DNA of 63,987 bases, the filler included, from Dirinaria sp. TL-2023a (lineage: Eukaryota), in assembly GCA_051941275.1 (NCBI GenBank). It is 5 parts of 5 records of this genome, joined end to end, with 100 filler letters (N's around TTAATTAATTAA, not from the genome) between each part and the next. Parts side by side here need not be neighbours in the genome. Positions count along the whole stretch, not along the records: positions 51,313 to 63,987 come from JAVEBF010000748.1; 4 more parts are not named here. One strand, given 5' to 3'. The translations under genes and the position numbers were made by a program. The notes under the pieces are model-generated. The model did not search any database, was not told the origin of the DNA, and saw nothing but the letters and a program-made list of their open reading frames with translations. Positions 51,313 through 63,184 of the stretch are shown here, one piece after another (within the stretch, counting starts at the first letter, position 1; each line of letters starts with the position of its first letter).

Positions 51313-52345
51313 GACTAATAGAGTTCTAAAATACTTAGCGCACACAAAGATCTATGTCATTGTCTTTGACGATCAGACAAGCAACATCGACACAATCTTT
51401 CTAGAGTCATCAGACGTCTCATTCGCCGATGATGTTGACACACGTCAAAACTCAAACGAGTATTGCTTCAAACTCTTTGATGACATGATCGACTGAAAAA
51501 CATTCAAACAGAAAACGATTATCACTAGCTCTATCGAAACAGAGCTGCTTGTCATGTCAATGTCAGAAAGCACTAAAACGTGATGAGACCGATTCTTTGA
51601 AACAATACAAATGAACATGAGAGAGTTTATTTATATACAATGCGATAACCGTCAAACGATAAAGATCTTCATCAAATCGAAGACACATATGATTACAAAA
51701 CTGCGTCATGTTGACATACATCGTCACTGACTGCGTCAAGAAATGCAAAAAGACAACATCAACATCGAATGAATTTCAACAACGAAAATCCTAGCGAACG
51801 ATCTCACAAAGACGTTGTCATCGCAACGGCATCAAAAATTTTTAAAGCTCATCGAATTACGAGTCATACAATCTGAGACACCTTCTAAAACAATAAAAGA
51901 GAAGAATAACAACATCGAAGACCATGTCAACAAGGGCATAAACAAAGATGCAAATGGCTCTGTGAATAAGAAGGCATAGGAGCACTCACTATGGTGATAT
52001 GCTCCTAAAGGGGTGTGTAAAATCGGGACCGAGTGGATCGATTCGCCACCAAATGTGAAAAGTTGACGAAAACGATTAGTCTTCGCAAGATGACAGTCCT
52101 CGAAAACGTTAGTGCTCAGATAATGAATAATAGATATAGGCAGTGACTCGGATAGTATACATGACAGTCCGCAGAATGGCAGTCCGCGGATAGGTAAACC
52201 GCAGGGCTCCGGGTAATAGTAATATCGGGTATATAGTAACCCACAATTCCTCGCTTTTCTTATAGAAGGGAGGCAATTAATCACACACATACAAACTGCC
52301 AAACATAGATACAATTGACCTCACAAACACCTCCTAAATCTGACA
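51313..52345 (+). mobile_element. Ty1/copia LTR retrotransposon 3' relic (RT end/RNase H, PPT, 3' LTR), heavily mutated
   Basis: Translation SDVSFADDVDTRQNS...ID*KTFKQKTIITSSIETELL...IQCDNRQTI...KLRHVDIHRH*LRQE...IE*ISTTKILANDLTKTL matches copia RNase H motifs (D.S.AD, S.EAE, CDN, KHID, ADGLTK). Confidence 0.88.
52016..52345 (+). repeat. Putative 3' LTR (~330 bp)
   Basis: Follows the purine tract AAAGGGGTG. Starts TGTAAAAT and ends ATCTGACA (TG...CA, imperfect inverted ends). Internal TATA-like CTTATAGAAGGG at ~52258. Confidence 0.6.
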
Positions 52346-52585
52346 TCTTGTTTCATAGCGGCCTTAAGCTGACCGCGCCGCTGGGCTTCCCGCCGATTGC
52401 ATGATGCCTTTCGGATCTCAATTGTCTGGATTCTTCGCTAGAATTTTCTCAATCTGAAAAATCCTCTCATAACGACTCGTGGAAGAAAAGACGATGACAC
52501 GATGAGCGAGGAATGAATGTGAAAAGCTACGCCCGCCTACGCAAAGCCTCATGTTGTATATTCGCCACTGACAAGACCTTCCCTA

Positions 52586-55500
52586 CTATTGAAATTGTTC
52601 TCTGGCAAGCAAATCACCATGTAGTATCCTACCAAAGTGAGACTTTTGGAAACTCTGCCCTTTCCTCCTCAGCGACATCAGCATTCTCAGAAACCCGACT
52701 GGACTGATTAAAAATGGACATTCTTTCTCCATGATTGCGTCAAACTGTAACCTGCTTTTTGGACTGACAAATCCGTCGCACGCGACCTGAATTTGCTCGC
52801 ACGGTGGACGAAAACACAGTCCCAAGAATCGACAGACTGAAAGATATTCTTCATAGCTTTTTAGATAGAGCTGACCGGCAAAAAGGTTGAGCTGCATGGT
52901 GAATGGGGGTGGAGGTGGAATATGCGGTACTGCAGTGATTGCGCAAAATGATAGATCCTCTAATGTACGCACAGACATACTGACTCGAGGTGAGTAGACA
53001 TGCAGGGTGACCTTCTTGTGCTGACGTATGGATGGCAATAATTCTTGAGCTTCATATGGGCTCAGCACCACATAGTCGACAGTGTTGTCATTCTTCCCGA
53101 TCGCAACCCAGTGGACAGGCCTGAGAAAGGAGTCCAAACGCTGGTTTTCTGAGGCGTGTACCGTCCGGGCAAAGTCGGCCGTGACCAGCAAATGGACCGG
53201 CCACATTTCCACTTCAAGATATTCAATGGCGCTTGTGTTGCGGAAAAGCTCGAAGGCACGCTGAAAGGCGTCCGAATTACGGTCAAGAATTCCCTGGTGA
53301 ACAAAGCGCTTCACGTCTCGATGGATTTTGTGAATGTATGGTATAAGTACCGGTGGGGCTTCAACTTGTCGCTCTTGCTCGTTCTCTGGTGATAGCTCGC
53401 GCTCCTGTTCCTCTTGGAGCGTTGCGCTACTGAACGATGCCAACTCGAAGTCTCGACACTTAGCCCGAATGGCGTCCAATTGCGTCTCACGTTCCAATAG
53501 TGATTCCTTCCCTACGTCATGAAACAGGACTTTTTCTTCTGGTGGTCCTCCAAATCCGTATCGATCCTGGAGAGTTTGTGCTTCACTTTCGAGAAATGAT
53601 TTTGCAATCTCCAAAGCGGCACCCTTGCTTCTACCATCGGAAAACCTTGACCAGGCTATATGACGATGTTGGTACCTTATTCCTTGTGTCGCCCACAATG
53701 GAATGCATCTTTTCATGTTGATGCAGGTTTCCGAAATGCACCATTGTAATACATCAGCTACTTCGATGGTATCGCGCTCGGTTTTCTGGCTCCGCCGGAG
53801 AATTTTGCGTTCAATTTCTGTTGGTCCGCAGAACATGACTGATTGGCCTTTCCCTAATTTTCGCATTCGCATGCATGCTGTCTAGGTTAGCGGTGGGGGA
53901 AGAGTTGATAAGATCAAGGCATACCTTGGACAAGTCGATCCTTGGTGAGGTCAGGCCCCAGCGTTACAGCGGCCCGGTACTTCGTCGGTAGCTTCAAGTC
54001 CGTCCCTCGTGTGTGAGCCTCATCGAGGTACACCAGACACTGGTCCATCTGCTTCGCAAAAGGCGAAATCATTAGCGATTCCGAGATGCCGTCACGGCTC
54101 AAAACCGACAGGTCGTTGCGATCATCGAAAAACACGACCGCCTGAGCTTCTGATGCCGGAACATGCAAGAGCCATATACGTGCGACTTCCTCGTTCTTCC
54201 ACTCCAAAACTTGAGCCCCCACATCCAGGATGACACGCACGGGTGGCTCTGATTCAATGACTATTCGCAGCAATGATTCTGCATCCAGGCGTTGTCTTCC
54301 ACATTCCTGTTTGGCATGCTTAAAAGTATTTTCCGGCTGGAGTAGACAACCGAGCACTGCGGCGTTGGTATGAAGCTGCGCTGGGAGATCGCACTGATCT
54401 ATGGATAATGGTAAGATATACCTGCTGTCATTTGTTCCACTGAAACCTGTTGTGGGGTGAACTTTCGCTCGTGCGATATCCCAGCCTGAGGAGGATAGCT
54501 TGTGTGGAAACTCCTTCATCTCCTTTGGAAAGATAACACGAGACATGTAATAATCGATTGCGCCTTTGGCGGCCCGCAATGGAGGGAAAACTATCTGAGA
54601 ACACTGCGCAGGATCGTTCAGGTTGATACTAGTTAGTTGCCGAAATGCAGACGGTAGCTCAGGCGCGTCTTGAACCCAGCGTTCATATTCTTCCTGGGCA
54701 TGATCAGACTGGAACAGCTTTTCGAAGGCGATATATAACTGTTTATCCGAAAGGCCTCCATAGTAGTAACTTAGACAAGTAAGTACTATGGCGGTATCCG
54801 GGTGGCTGAATTCAGCCCGCGTTGCTGGATTGTCTTTCGCACGATAAGGTACAGCAAGCATGGTGCGCGAGAGGTCAAGTCCGTAATTGACGCGCCATCG
54901 CTTCTGCTGCAGAGCAAATGCCAGGACCCCACCAGCAATCAGGCCTCTAAGAAGAAGCAAGCTTCGCCTCATCGATTCAACAGCTAAAACGTAATTCTGC
55001 AACGGCTTGGTTTCAATTTCGTTCATGTCGACATCAGTGAGGAACCTGAACAGGATAGCTCGGATGTGTTGGGGAAGATTCCATACGGGCACTCCCGGCA
55101 GACCTGCTTCACACACTTCTCTCGCCACCATCTCCAGAAGTTCATAAGAGGCGCAAGGCTGTAGAATCCGTATGCGAGGAAAGCTTCCAGGGTGCACAGG
55201 TCCTAACTCCAAACCTTCCGGGAAAATATCAAGGACTTGCGATGCAAAGCGGCTCATAAGTCCCAAAATATGCTCAATGATATTCCATCGCTCCGGGCCG
55301 AACTCAATTGCGCGCTGCATGCCCATAGTGTAAATAAGCTCGAAGCGGACACTCAGAATCTCGTCACTTTCGTCAAGAATATCTCGCGAATTGTCCTCCA
55401 GCCAATGTTGTGTCTCGATTAAGATGTTGCCCAGCTCCGGCTCGCCGGACAGAAGTCGTTCAACACCCATCAGCTCAAACGAGAGGAGGTGTTCCGGCTG

Positions 55501-58500
55501 GACGAGAAGTACCCCACTAGTGCGCATACATTCTTCACACATGGTTCGAATTTGTTGCGCCTTGTGCATGTCCAACCTGACCGACCGTGAGATGGGCATA
55601 TGGAAGATACGTCTACCCAGCATGCCGCCGAGCCTTTTCACTAGCACATGAAACATTTGGTTCGACAGAGGTTTGAGGACGACGACCCGCACAAGCTTCT
55701 TTCCATCTGCCAGAGCCGCGGCCACAGCAGGAACGATGACGGATGACTTTCCCTCGCCCATGTTCAGCTGTAAGATTGAGTTCGCACTAGACGACGGTGA
55801 AATCATTTCCCGAGCGATTTGAGCTTGTACCTGCCGGATCAAGATATTATTTTCGATTTCGAGAAGCAGCCAATCCGGATATTCTATGGGGTCCCATCCC
55901 TGACGGCCTGGGTTGATGAGTTCGCTCAGTATTTCTTCGCTGTTTCCAATACAGGCAAGAAGGCGCTCGGCCCGTTGCAGGGTCGATATGGCCACTCCGT
56001 ACTCGATCAAAGATCTTTTCCAGTCATCGCGCAACGCGGCTCTTTTACCATCTGCTAGCAGTTGAAGAAGCGAGGTAGTCGATACGCGAGGCCACATACA
56101 TGCACTACACGCCAGCCGTCGCGTGATCAACGTCTCTGTCTGGAGGCAACTATAAATTGTCTGGTACACGTCACTGACGTATTCCCTACATAGCGTCAGA
56201 TGCTCCTCTAAAAGGGGCTTGAGTGCCTTGAATGATCCCCTAAATTGCAATTCTGCATTGTCGTGAAGTGAGTCGAAGCTCTGGGACAAGTCAATCGCGT
56301 ATCGTAGCTCATGGCTGCCTGAGGAATTTGAGAAGAGACGCAATAGAAGTGACTTGAGTTCACCATGGCTTGCCCGATCCCCATCTTGCTCACCGAACCA
56401 GCAATCAAAATTTTCAAGGGGAGCCGGAGGAAGGCTGGGAGCAGACCTTCCCATGATGTCATTGAATTCGACATGACTCTGCTTTAGACGATAATGGTAG
56501 TCGGGCTGCTGATAGGAATATTTCTGCAGCTTCTGGTCTCCGGTATTTAAATTATCCAGTATGTCTTGCACACGGCTAATGATCTTTTTAAACTTGGCAT
56601 TACGATTCCAGCTTTGATACCAGCTCCGTGCGTCATCTGTGGCCTCGTTTACAGAAATGTACGTGTTGAAACGATTGCCTACGGGATCACAAACGTCCGC
56701 TCCGGGCCACTGGTAGATGAGAGCATCCACAAAATGGCCGACGCAATCTTCCACCGCCGCTTGGTGCTCGTCCCTTCGGCGCTCGTCAGCATCTGCGAAT
56801 GTTTCATTAGACAATTGCGGCAGGTTGGATTCTGGACACGAATAAAAGGGTCGGCTCCTATGTTTGGCCACGTTCACCAATCTCTCCTTACTTGGTTGAA
56901 AGCCATGCGATAGGTGAAACGACTCATAGTCCGGCAGTTCTATTGCTCGAAGTTCAGGGACCGTTGCGAAAGCTAGAAGCGTCTGGATCAGCTCGCCTTT
57001 TGCGTGCTGCGAGTAAGTCAAAGTGGACAGAAAAACCATGATTCTGTATTTATCTCTTTGGACCACACTATGAGATAAAGTGGCGTGCAGCGCACACCAA
57101 TGTGTTGGGAAAATCTCGGCGGGGGGTTCCAGCCATTTCGTATCATAGCCCAGAGGAAAGGAATCTCTGGGTTTCCAACCGCGGAGCGGCTCCCCCCAAG
57201 ACTCGATCTCATGGAGCAGCTGTGGACAGCCTCTCAAGTCAGCGGACCAGCAATCGATCAGCTTTGCAATTCGATAAACCTGGGACTCCCGTACGCTATT
57301 CGAGATATAGTCTCGGGCGACATATTCGATATCATGATCTGTCGTATGATTCTCTGCCCCGAATTCATGAACCCGATAAGCAGAATCCCGGATGGCCGCC
57401 CTCTCAAGTAAGTGCTGGTCGCCGCAGATTCCTGCATCTGGTAATTCTACGGGTTTATCATGAAATAGACTGGATGTTGCTGCTTGGTCGAAAATTGACC
57501 GCACAGATGTGGCAAAAGAATTATGCTGTGATAGTGGGGACAGAGTCTCCCACTCCACCTCTTGCATCACTCGTCGGTGCCGCGGATAATACTGACGATG
57601 TGGGGTCAGTCGTGCAAGAAGTACTAGCAGATCGATTTCCACTCTACCGAGGCTGTGAAAGGAACGGACGGAGGGCGATGCTAGTATCGAAAGGGCTTCC
57701 TCGGTGCCAGTCCGACCGGTGAGCTCATCGGTCAAACAGTGTGCAGTCACGGCGTGAAGATAACATTTGAACAGCTTGCTCCTGAGGCTGCCGTTGTCAA
57801 CAAGTCGCCCGATTTGACAGTCAATGTGATAAAGATGATAGGAAAGGTGTTGTGTTGACGCCTCAATATGTACACGTACGTGGTGGCCGCCTGGCTTGAA
57901 CAGAACGTTTCCATGAGGGATAATGACGCTGCGTGACGAATCATTAGTTCCCCGAAGGACGAGCTTGTTGACTAGTCCGGTCAGTGTGCCAAATGATTGG
58001 TTTGCATCCACGGCCATGCCACGGAACTGCCTCGATTCAAGCTTCGTAGCCCCATTTCTCAAGAGGAAATCAAGCTTTAATCGTGGTAAATGCACTTCCA
58101 ACGCTTCCGTCTCGCAATTGAATGTTACGTGTATATGGATCGCATTTTCTAACGGACGCAGGACTGTCGAAACCGCCTTCGCTGTCGGCGAATGAAGGTC
58201 AATTAATTTCGAGGAACCACAAAGCAATAAATTTTCGCCTCGGCTACCGGACTGCATCTGCCAGCTCTGTGATGTCGAAGTCCAAGCATTTAATAACGGT
58301 CGCCATTCAATAAAACCCGTGTCAAGGTCTAGCCAATGCACGAAATCGTTAACGAAGGCCTCTGGAAAGTCACCGTCCAGAGCATGCAATGGGAGCAGTT
58401 CGTAGACCTTTCCTTCCTTTTTGGCCCGGATAATGAGTTCCGAGCCGTGCATACCAAAGAATAGCTGACATAAATTTGGTTAGCAATAAAAGAATCTTCG

Positions 58501-61500
58501 TCATCACGTAGTTCCGTTCACAAAAAGGCAGAAGAGGAAAGGAAGACAATATTTACCTGGTGGCCAAAGAACTCATTCCGAGCTTCAAAAACCATCCCAT
58601 TCATCGTGGAAGGGACAACGTCGAGAACTTTCTGTTTCAAGCATTGATTAGTTAGCTCCCTTCTCGATGCTTCTACAGATGGAGCATTTTACCTCGCCAA
58701 ATAGTCGACGGAAAGTCGGATGCGATTCATAGGACTGGGGAAGCCTCGTAAGTGGCGATCCGTTAACGAGCAAACTTCCATTCAGTAAATTGTAGTGGAC
58801 CAGCATGGACGAATGACCATTTCCACCTGATGTTTCCGTCACGAGCCATCGCTCGCTAGGTTTTTTTAACGCGGTCCATGGGGATCCCGGCACATATCCT
58901 ATCCAGAGCCGGTTTATGGTGCTATCGAGACTATTGTGGACGTTAAGAATCCGCTTGCGCAGTAATGGTTCGAGAATGTATGATAGCCGCTGATACCGGC
59001 GTAGTAGGGTTTTGATCGTTGCAGGCAGATTGTTTGTTTCCACTGGACACCGATCGTGCACGATAATTGAGCATTCAATGACGATTGCAGTACCCTCGTC
59101 TGATCGGAGTATACCAGGAAGATGGTGCGGATCGACATCAAACGTCCCATGACAAGTCAAGGCCATTTCAAGCGTCTGTGCATTCAGGATTTTTAGCTCC
59201 TCCTCCTTCAGTGTTCCGTGCAACTTTTGCCCCAATTCGCGGGTCCAGCGCAATGAGATTGCTCGTGCTCGTTGCAGAAAACGGCAGCAACCCGCGCGCA
59301 CCACGTCGCAGGTAGAGAGGGAGAGCAGTCGAGTCGCAAGAGCGATAAAAGTACGTGCTGCCGTGGCACCCTGCCAATTACCTTCGATCGTTCCGACTGC
59401 ATCGTCCAAGGCGGACAACAATGACTTCCCAAAGTCCACCTCTTCAAGGTCGGCGTGAGATTCTCGACACACTTCTCCTTTACTGAGCGGGCCAACCTGC
59501 CACGCAGCATGGGTCAGCAAAGCGTGTGTTTCGTAGCAACGGAAATTGAGAACACGAGTAGTGAGTTCGCGAGCGATGTTCCGCCATTGCAGTCGATGAC
59601 CCGAACGCAAAGTTCCAAAGGCGTAAAATTCATGCATTGTCAGCGTCTCAGAGCACTCAGCTTGACTTGCAATTACCTCGTTGGAGGTGTGGATTGTGTT
59701 ATTTACGGCGTACTGCAGTCCCCTATACGGTCCTGCTGGGAGCTTCAATATGCACTTTTCATGCACATCGTAGTAACCGAGGAGCTCTTCAGTCCATCTC
59801 AGTTTCTCCGAATCGTAAAGAGCGTAGTCCATGCCATTGTTGACGCATACATTGGTCTCATTGGCCTGAGAGACTTTTTGATGTGAGTAGTGCGACACGA
59901 CAAAGGGCTTGGTTGTCGAGGTGAGCTGGAGTCGTGCTGCCTGCGATTTCACGAACTTTTGTAACCCAGTGTAGCTGCAGAGAGAGTATATCTTCTGCTG
60001 CTTGCCTTTGCCTTGGTATGGAGATTGACCGCCAGGTTCGACAGACAACATGTCCACAATGATGCTATATGTGGTGTCCCGCCATTTGGATACGATAGCC
60101 GGCACGTCGAGCTCGAACACCACCGCCTTCACCTGCAAGCCTCTCTCCGGAAGTGGCCACTCATGAACGTTGATTGTGAGCCCTTTGGCCTTTGACTTCA
60201 GCTGACATTTCTGACATGATTGGCTGTGCTTAGACTCTTGTTGACGCATTCGCCACCAAGAAATGTATTGGCAACTCATTCCATCCGACTGTTCCATCAA
60301 CTCTTTGTACTGTTGACGTTTCTCTGCCAGCTCAGATATTTTTCGAGACCGTTCATTCGTCGCTTCTGCCTCGATCTTTCGTTGCAGTTCCTGATGATGT
60401 GGCGATTGCAGGAAGTAGCGCACGGCAAAGCTCTTCGTTGCGTCGACAGACCGAAAGATGGATGGGAATCCTGGTATAGCTGCTGCTCTTCTTGTTGCAA
60501 GATGCTGCTCAACGCGGTATAACCGCTCCATCTGTGCCTTTTTGGGCAACAGCAATGGCTCGAATAACGATGGCGGGAACCCAGGGTCATACTCGTGTAG
60601 TAAAGGGTAATGGTGTAGCGCGCACTTGTCAAGCGCAACCCACAGTTCCATTACTGTGAGGAGCATCAAAGATATGTCTTCCGGCATACCTGTATAAGCC
60701 AAAGACGCTGCCGATGCGAAAGTTTCAATGAGTCTTGCGAGGGCCTCGCAGGCGCCTTTACCTTCTATGTTTGCTTGAAGCCAGTCGTCGAGCGAGTGCT
60801 GCACCCAGAGCTCCAAATCTGCCAGAGACAGCCAGGGTTGGCCTTCGTCCTCCGTCCTCAAAAGACTTAGGTCTGGCAAGCTTGAGCTGCCCTGCAAGAT
60901 GCGGCGATCGCAACTTGACGTAAAATGGTGGCAGGTTGAGGGCGAAGCCGGCCGCGCTGGCACCCTTGCAAGGTACGGCCTCAACCTTGAAAGTTTAAGT
61001 TCAGTATCCTTGAGAAAGAACAGCTGCGACGGGCACCAGTCCTGTTGCATCCCTAGGGGATCTGGATGCTTCTCTACGGACTTCCATCTGCGAAGCAATT
61101 CTTGCTGAACAGCCCCCATTGTCTTCTCCACATACTGCAAACATGCGGCTCCATTCGCCGCCCCAATTTTCAGCGCACGACGGCTAATCTTTGCCGTCAT
61201 AAGAAAGAGCGTATCGCTTGGCAAAGAAGCTTTCAAAGCACGTTCCAAGACATGGGCCATGAAGAAGAGCATGAATGACTTGTACCTCACATGTGGCTCC
61301 TGCTCATCGCTATGCATAAGTCCCGTTTGCAACGCAACGCGAAGCAAGAGCCACAAAGGGGAACGTCGCCACGGTTCAAGTGCATCTTTCCACAGGACGT
61401 CCTCACGAGTGTGTTTGTAGATGCGAGCAACATCGAGGGGCTGCCCGACAGCTCGTAAAATGCCGGTAAGCATCTCTGTGACGAACCTTGGGTGCACCGT

Positions 61501-62132
61501 GTCTCTGCTTTCCACGACCTTCGAATGCGCCTTCTTTGCAATTGGCAATACTTCTTGAGGTGTCTCTGCGTCGAGTTTTACGAGTAACTCTGTTAGTGGC
61601 TCGAGAAAGCTGGCGTTGGTGACTCGGTCTTGGCCGATGACTACGCCTGGACCAGGAAAGCATCGTCGCAGCCGACCCTTGCTCACGATAACGGCCTCGG
61701 CGGTTGGGGAGATTTCGAAAGACTCGAAGGACAATTGCTCTGAAGATTTCCGGACGATAAGTCCCGCGTTCTGGCTGCGGATGTGCAACGTGAGGGTATC
61801 TGAATCAACGCAAAAGATGTTATAACACTTGCTTTGTCACCAGAGAATGCTTTACTCCTACCTCCACTGATCATTTTTCTCAGCGTTGTTTGCAACTTTT
61901 CGACTGCCAGTCCTCCAACATGATCCCGTAGCTCGAGCATGTTGCTGACCATCTTGATGCAGGCGATCCATTCCGGACGCTCCTTCTCCGGAATTTGAGC
62001 TTGAAAAGATCTCAATGCCGCCAGGACTTGCCCTATCAAAGCAGCGCTCTTCGTATCATCGCTGTCATCTTTCTGTGGTAATTTGGGTGGGAAGAAGACA
62101 TGGTTAATAACATAATTCAAATCTTCCCGCAT
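52586..62132 (-). CDS. Giant DUF6606/DUF3638/DUF3645 P-loop (SF2-like) protein, ~3094 aa
   Basis: Five exons (62132-61862, 61799-58693, 58631-58557, 58464-53925, 53877-52586) total 9285 nt, in frame, with GT-AG introns. N-terminal YVINHVFFPPKLPQ (DUF6606); QLNMGEGKSSVI and ILDESDEIL (DUF3638); RWRVNYGL...AVPYRAKDNP...EFSHPD (DUF3645). Confidence 0.9.
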
Positions 62133-63184
62133 CTTGATGGGTTACTAGTCCTTGCTGTGAGGAACAAATGATTGATGATGGGTCGTATAGCGGTGGGGAA
62201 TACTTATTTGGAGCCGCGAAGATCTACTCGTCCACCTGCAGCTGCAGCAATCCAATTCTTGCCACCTGCAGATAGCCTAAAGCGTCACGAAGTAGGTTTT
62301 AGTTTCTCAATAATCTTTGTCCAACGCTGCGTTAGTGTGTCTCCACATGGTGTGATCTGTGAAGCAGCGTCTCCCTAGGATTCTCGACCGGTTTCGAACG
62401 ACATTCTCACTTGATATGAGTTTACCCTTTGAGTTTCTCTGTATTCTTATTGGGGGGCTGATATGGGATTTGCTGCATTCGTTTTTCATTCCTGCATTGG
62501 GGCGCTTTGCCACTGGATCAAGGTGGTCTGGGCAAGGCGGTCAGTCTCGAGCGGAATCTTCGACACATCAAGTCATCTGCAAACAATAATGACCGATGAC
62601 ACCCTTAAAAACCTCCTTCAGGTTTTGCAGCAAGGACAGGGTAGAGTTCTCAGTACGCCAGCTATCACAGCTGATGGTGAACGAAAGATTGCTTCTAAAT
62701 TCGTGTGCAAAGCGTATCATTTCGAAGATAACAGAACATGGCTTGGACCACTGTGCCATAGGCGGAAGTAATGCATGGGCGACATGTATAAAATGCTTTC
62801 CACAATAAGCTAGGTGCTTTCGGGGAACCAGACAAACATCCTCATTTCTGTGATGGATCGGCTATGCATAAATTTCGCGCTTTAGAAGTTGGGATGGCTC
62901 TAATATGTCTCCACAACCTCGGTCCCAAGCTTTTCTCGACCAATCGGAGCTTAACTGAGCTGTACTTCTCTTTACATTTCGATACTTAGGGGCATCTACT
63001 CTGTGGAATTGTCATTGCTCAGGATTCCGTTGACTAAGAAATCCATCTGGTGTGTTCGTGACTAGCCAAGAAATGCCGAGTTCGCTGTGCATAACCCTTC
63101 CATCGCAGCAAGCTGCAACGTGCTTCCGTCAGATGTTATGATAGGCTACATAAGATGCTGCCTTGGGAGCAAGAAATCTCTAAG

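Noticed and set aside
51313..51900. UGA readthrough or alternative genetic code in the copia frame
   Set aside because: TGA at Trp positions co-occurs with many other GG>GA and CC>TC substitutions, and housekeeping genes in the window (e.g. SSC1, GVP36) end in TGA. This is mutation, not recoding.
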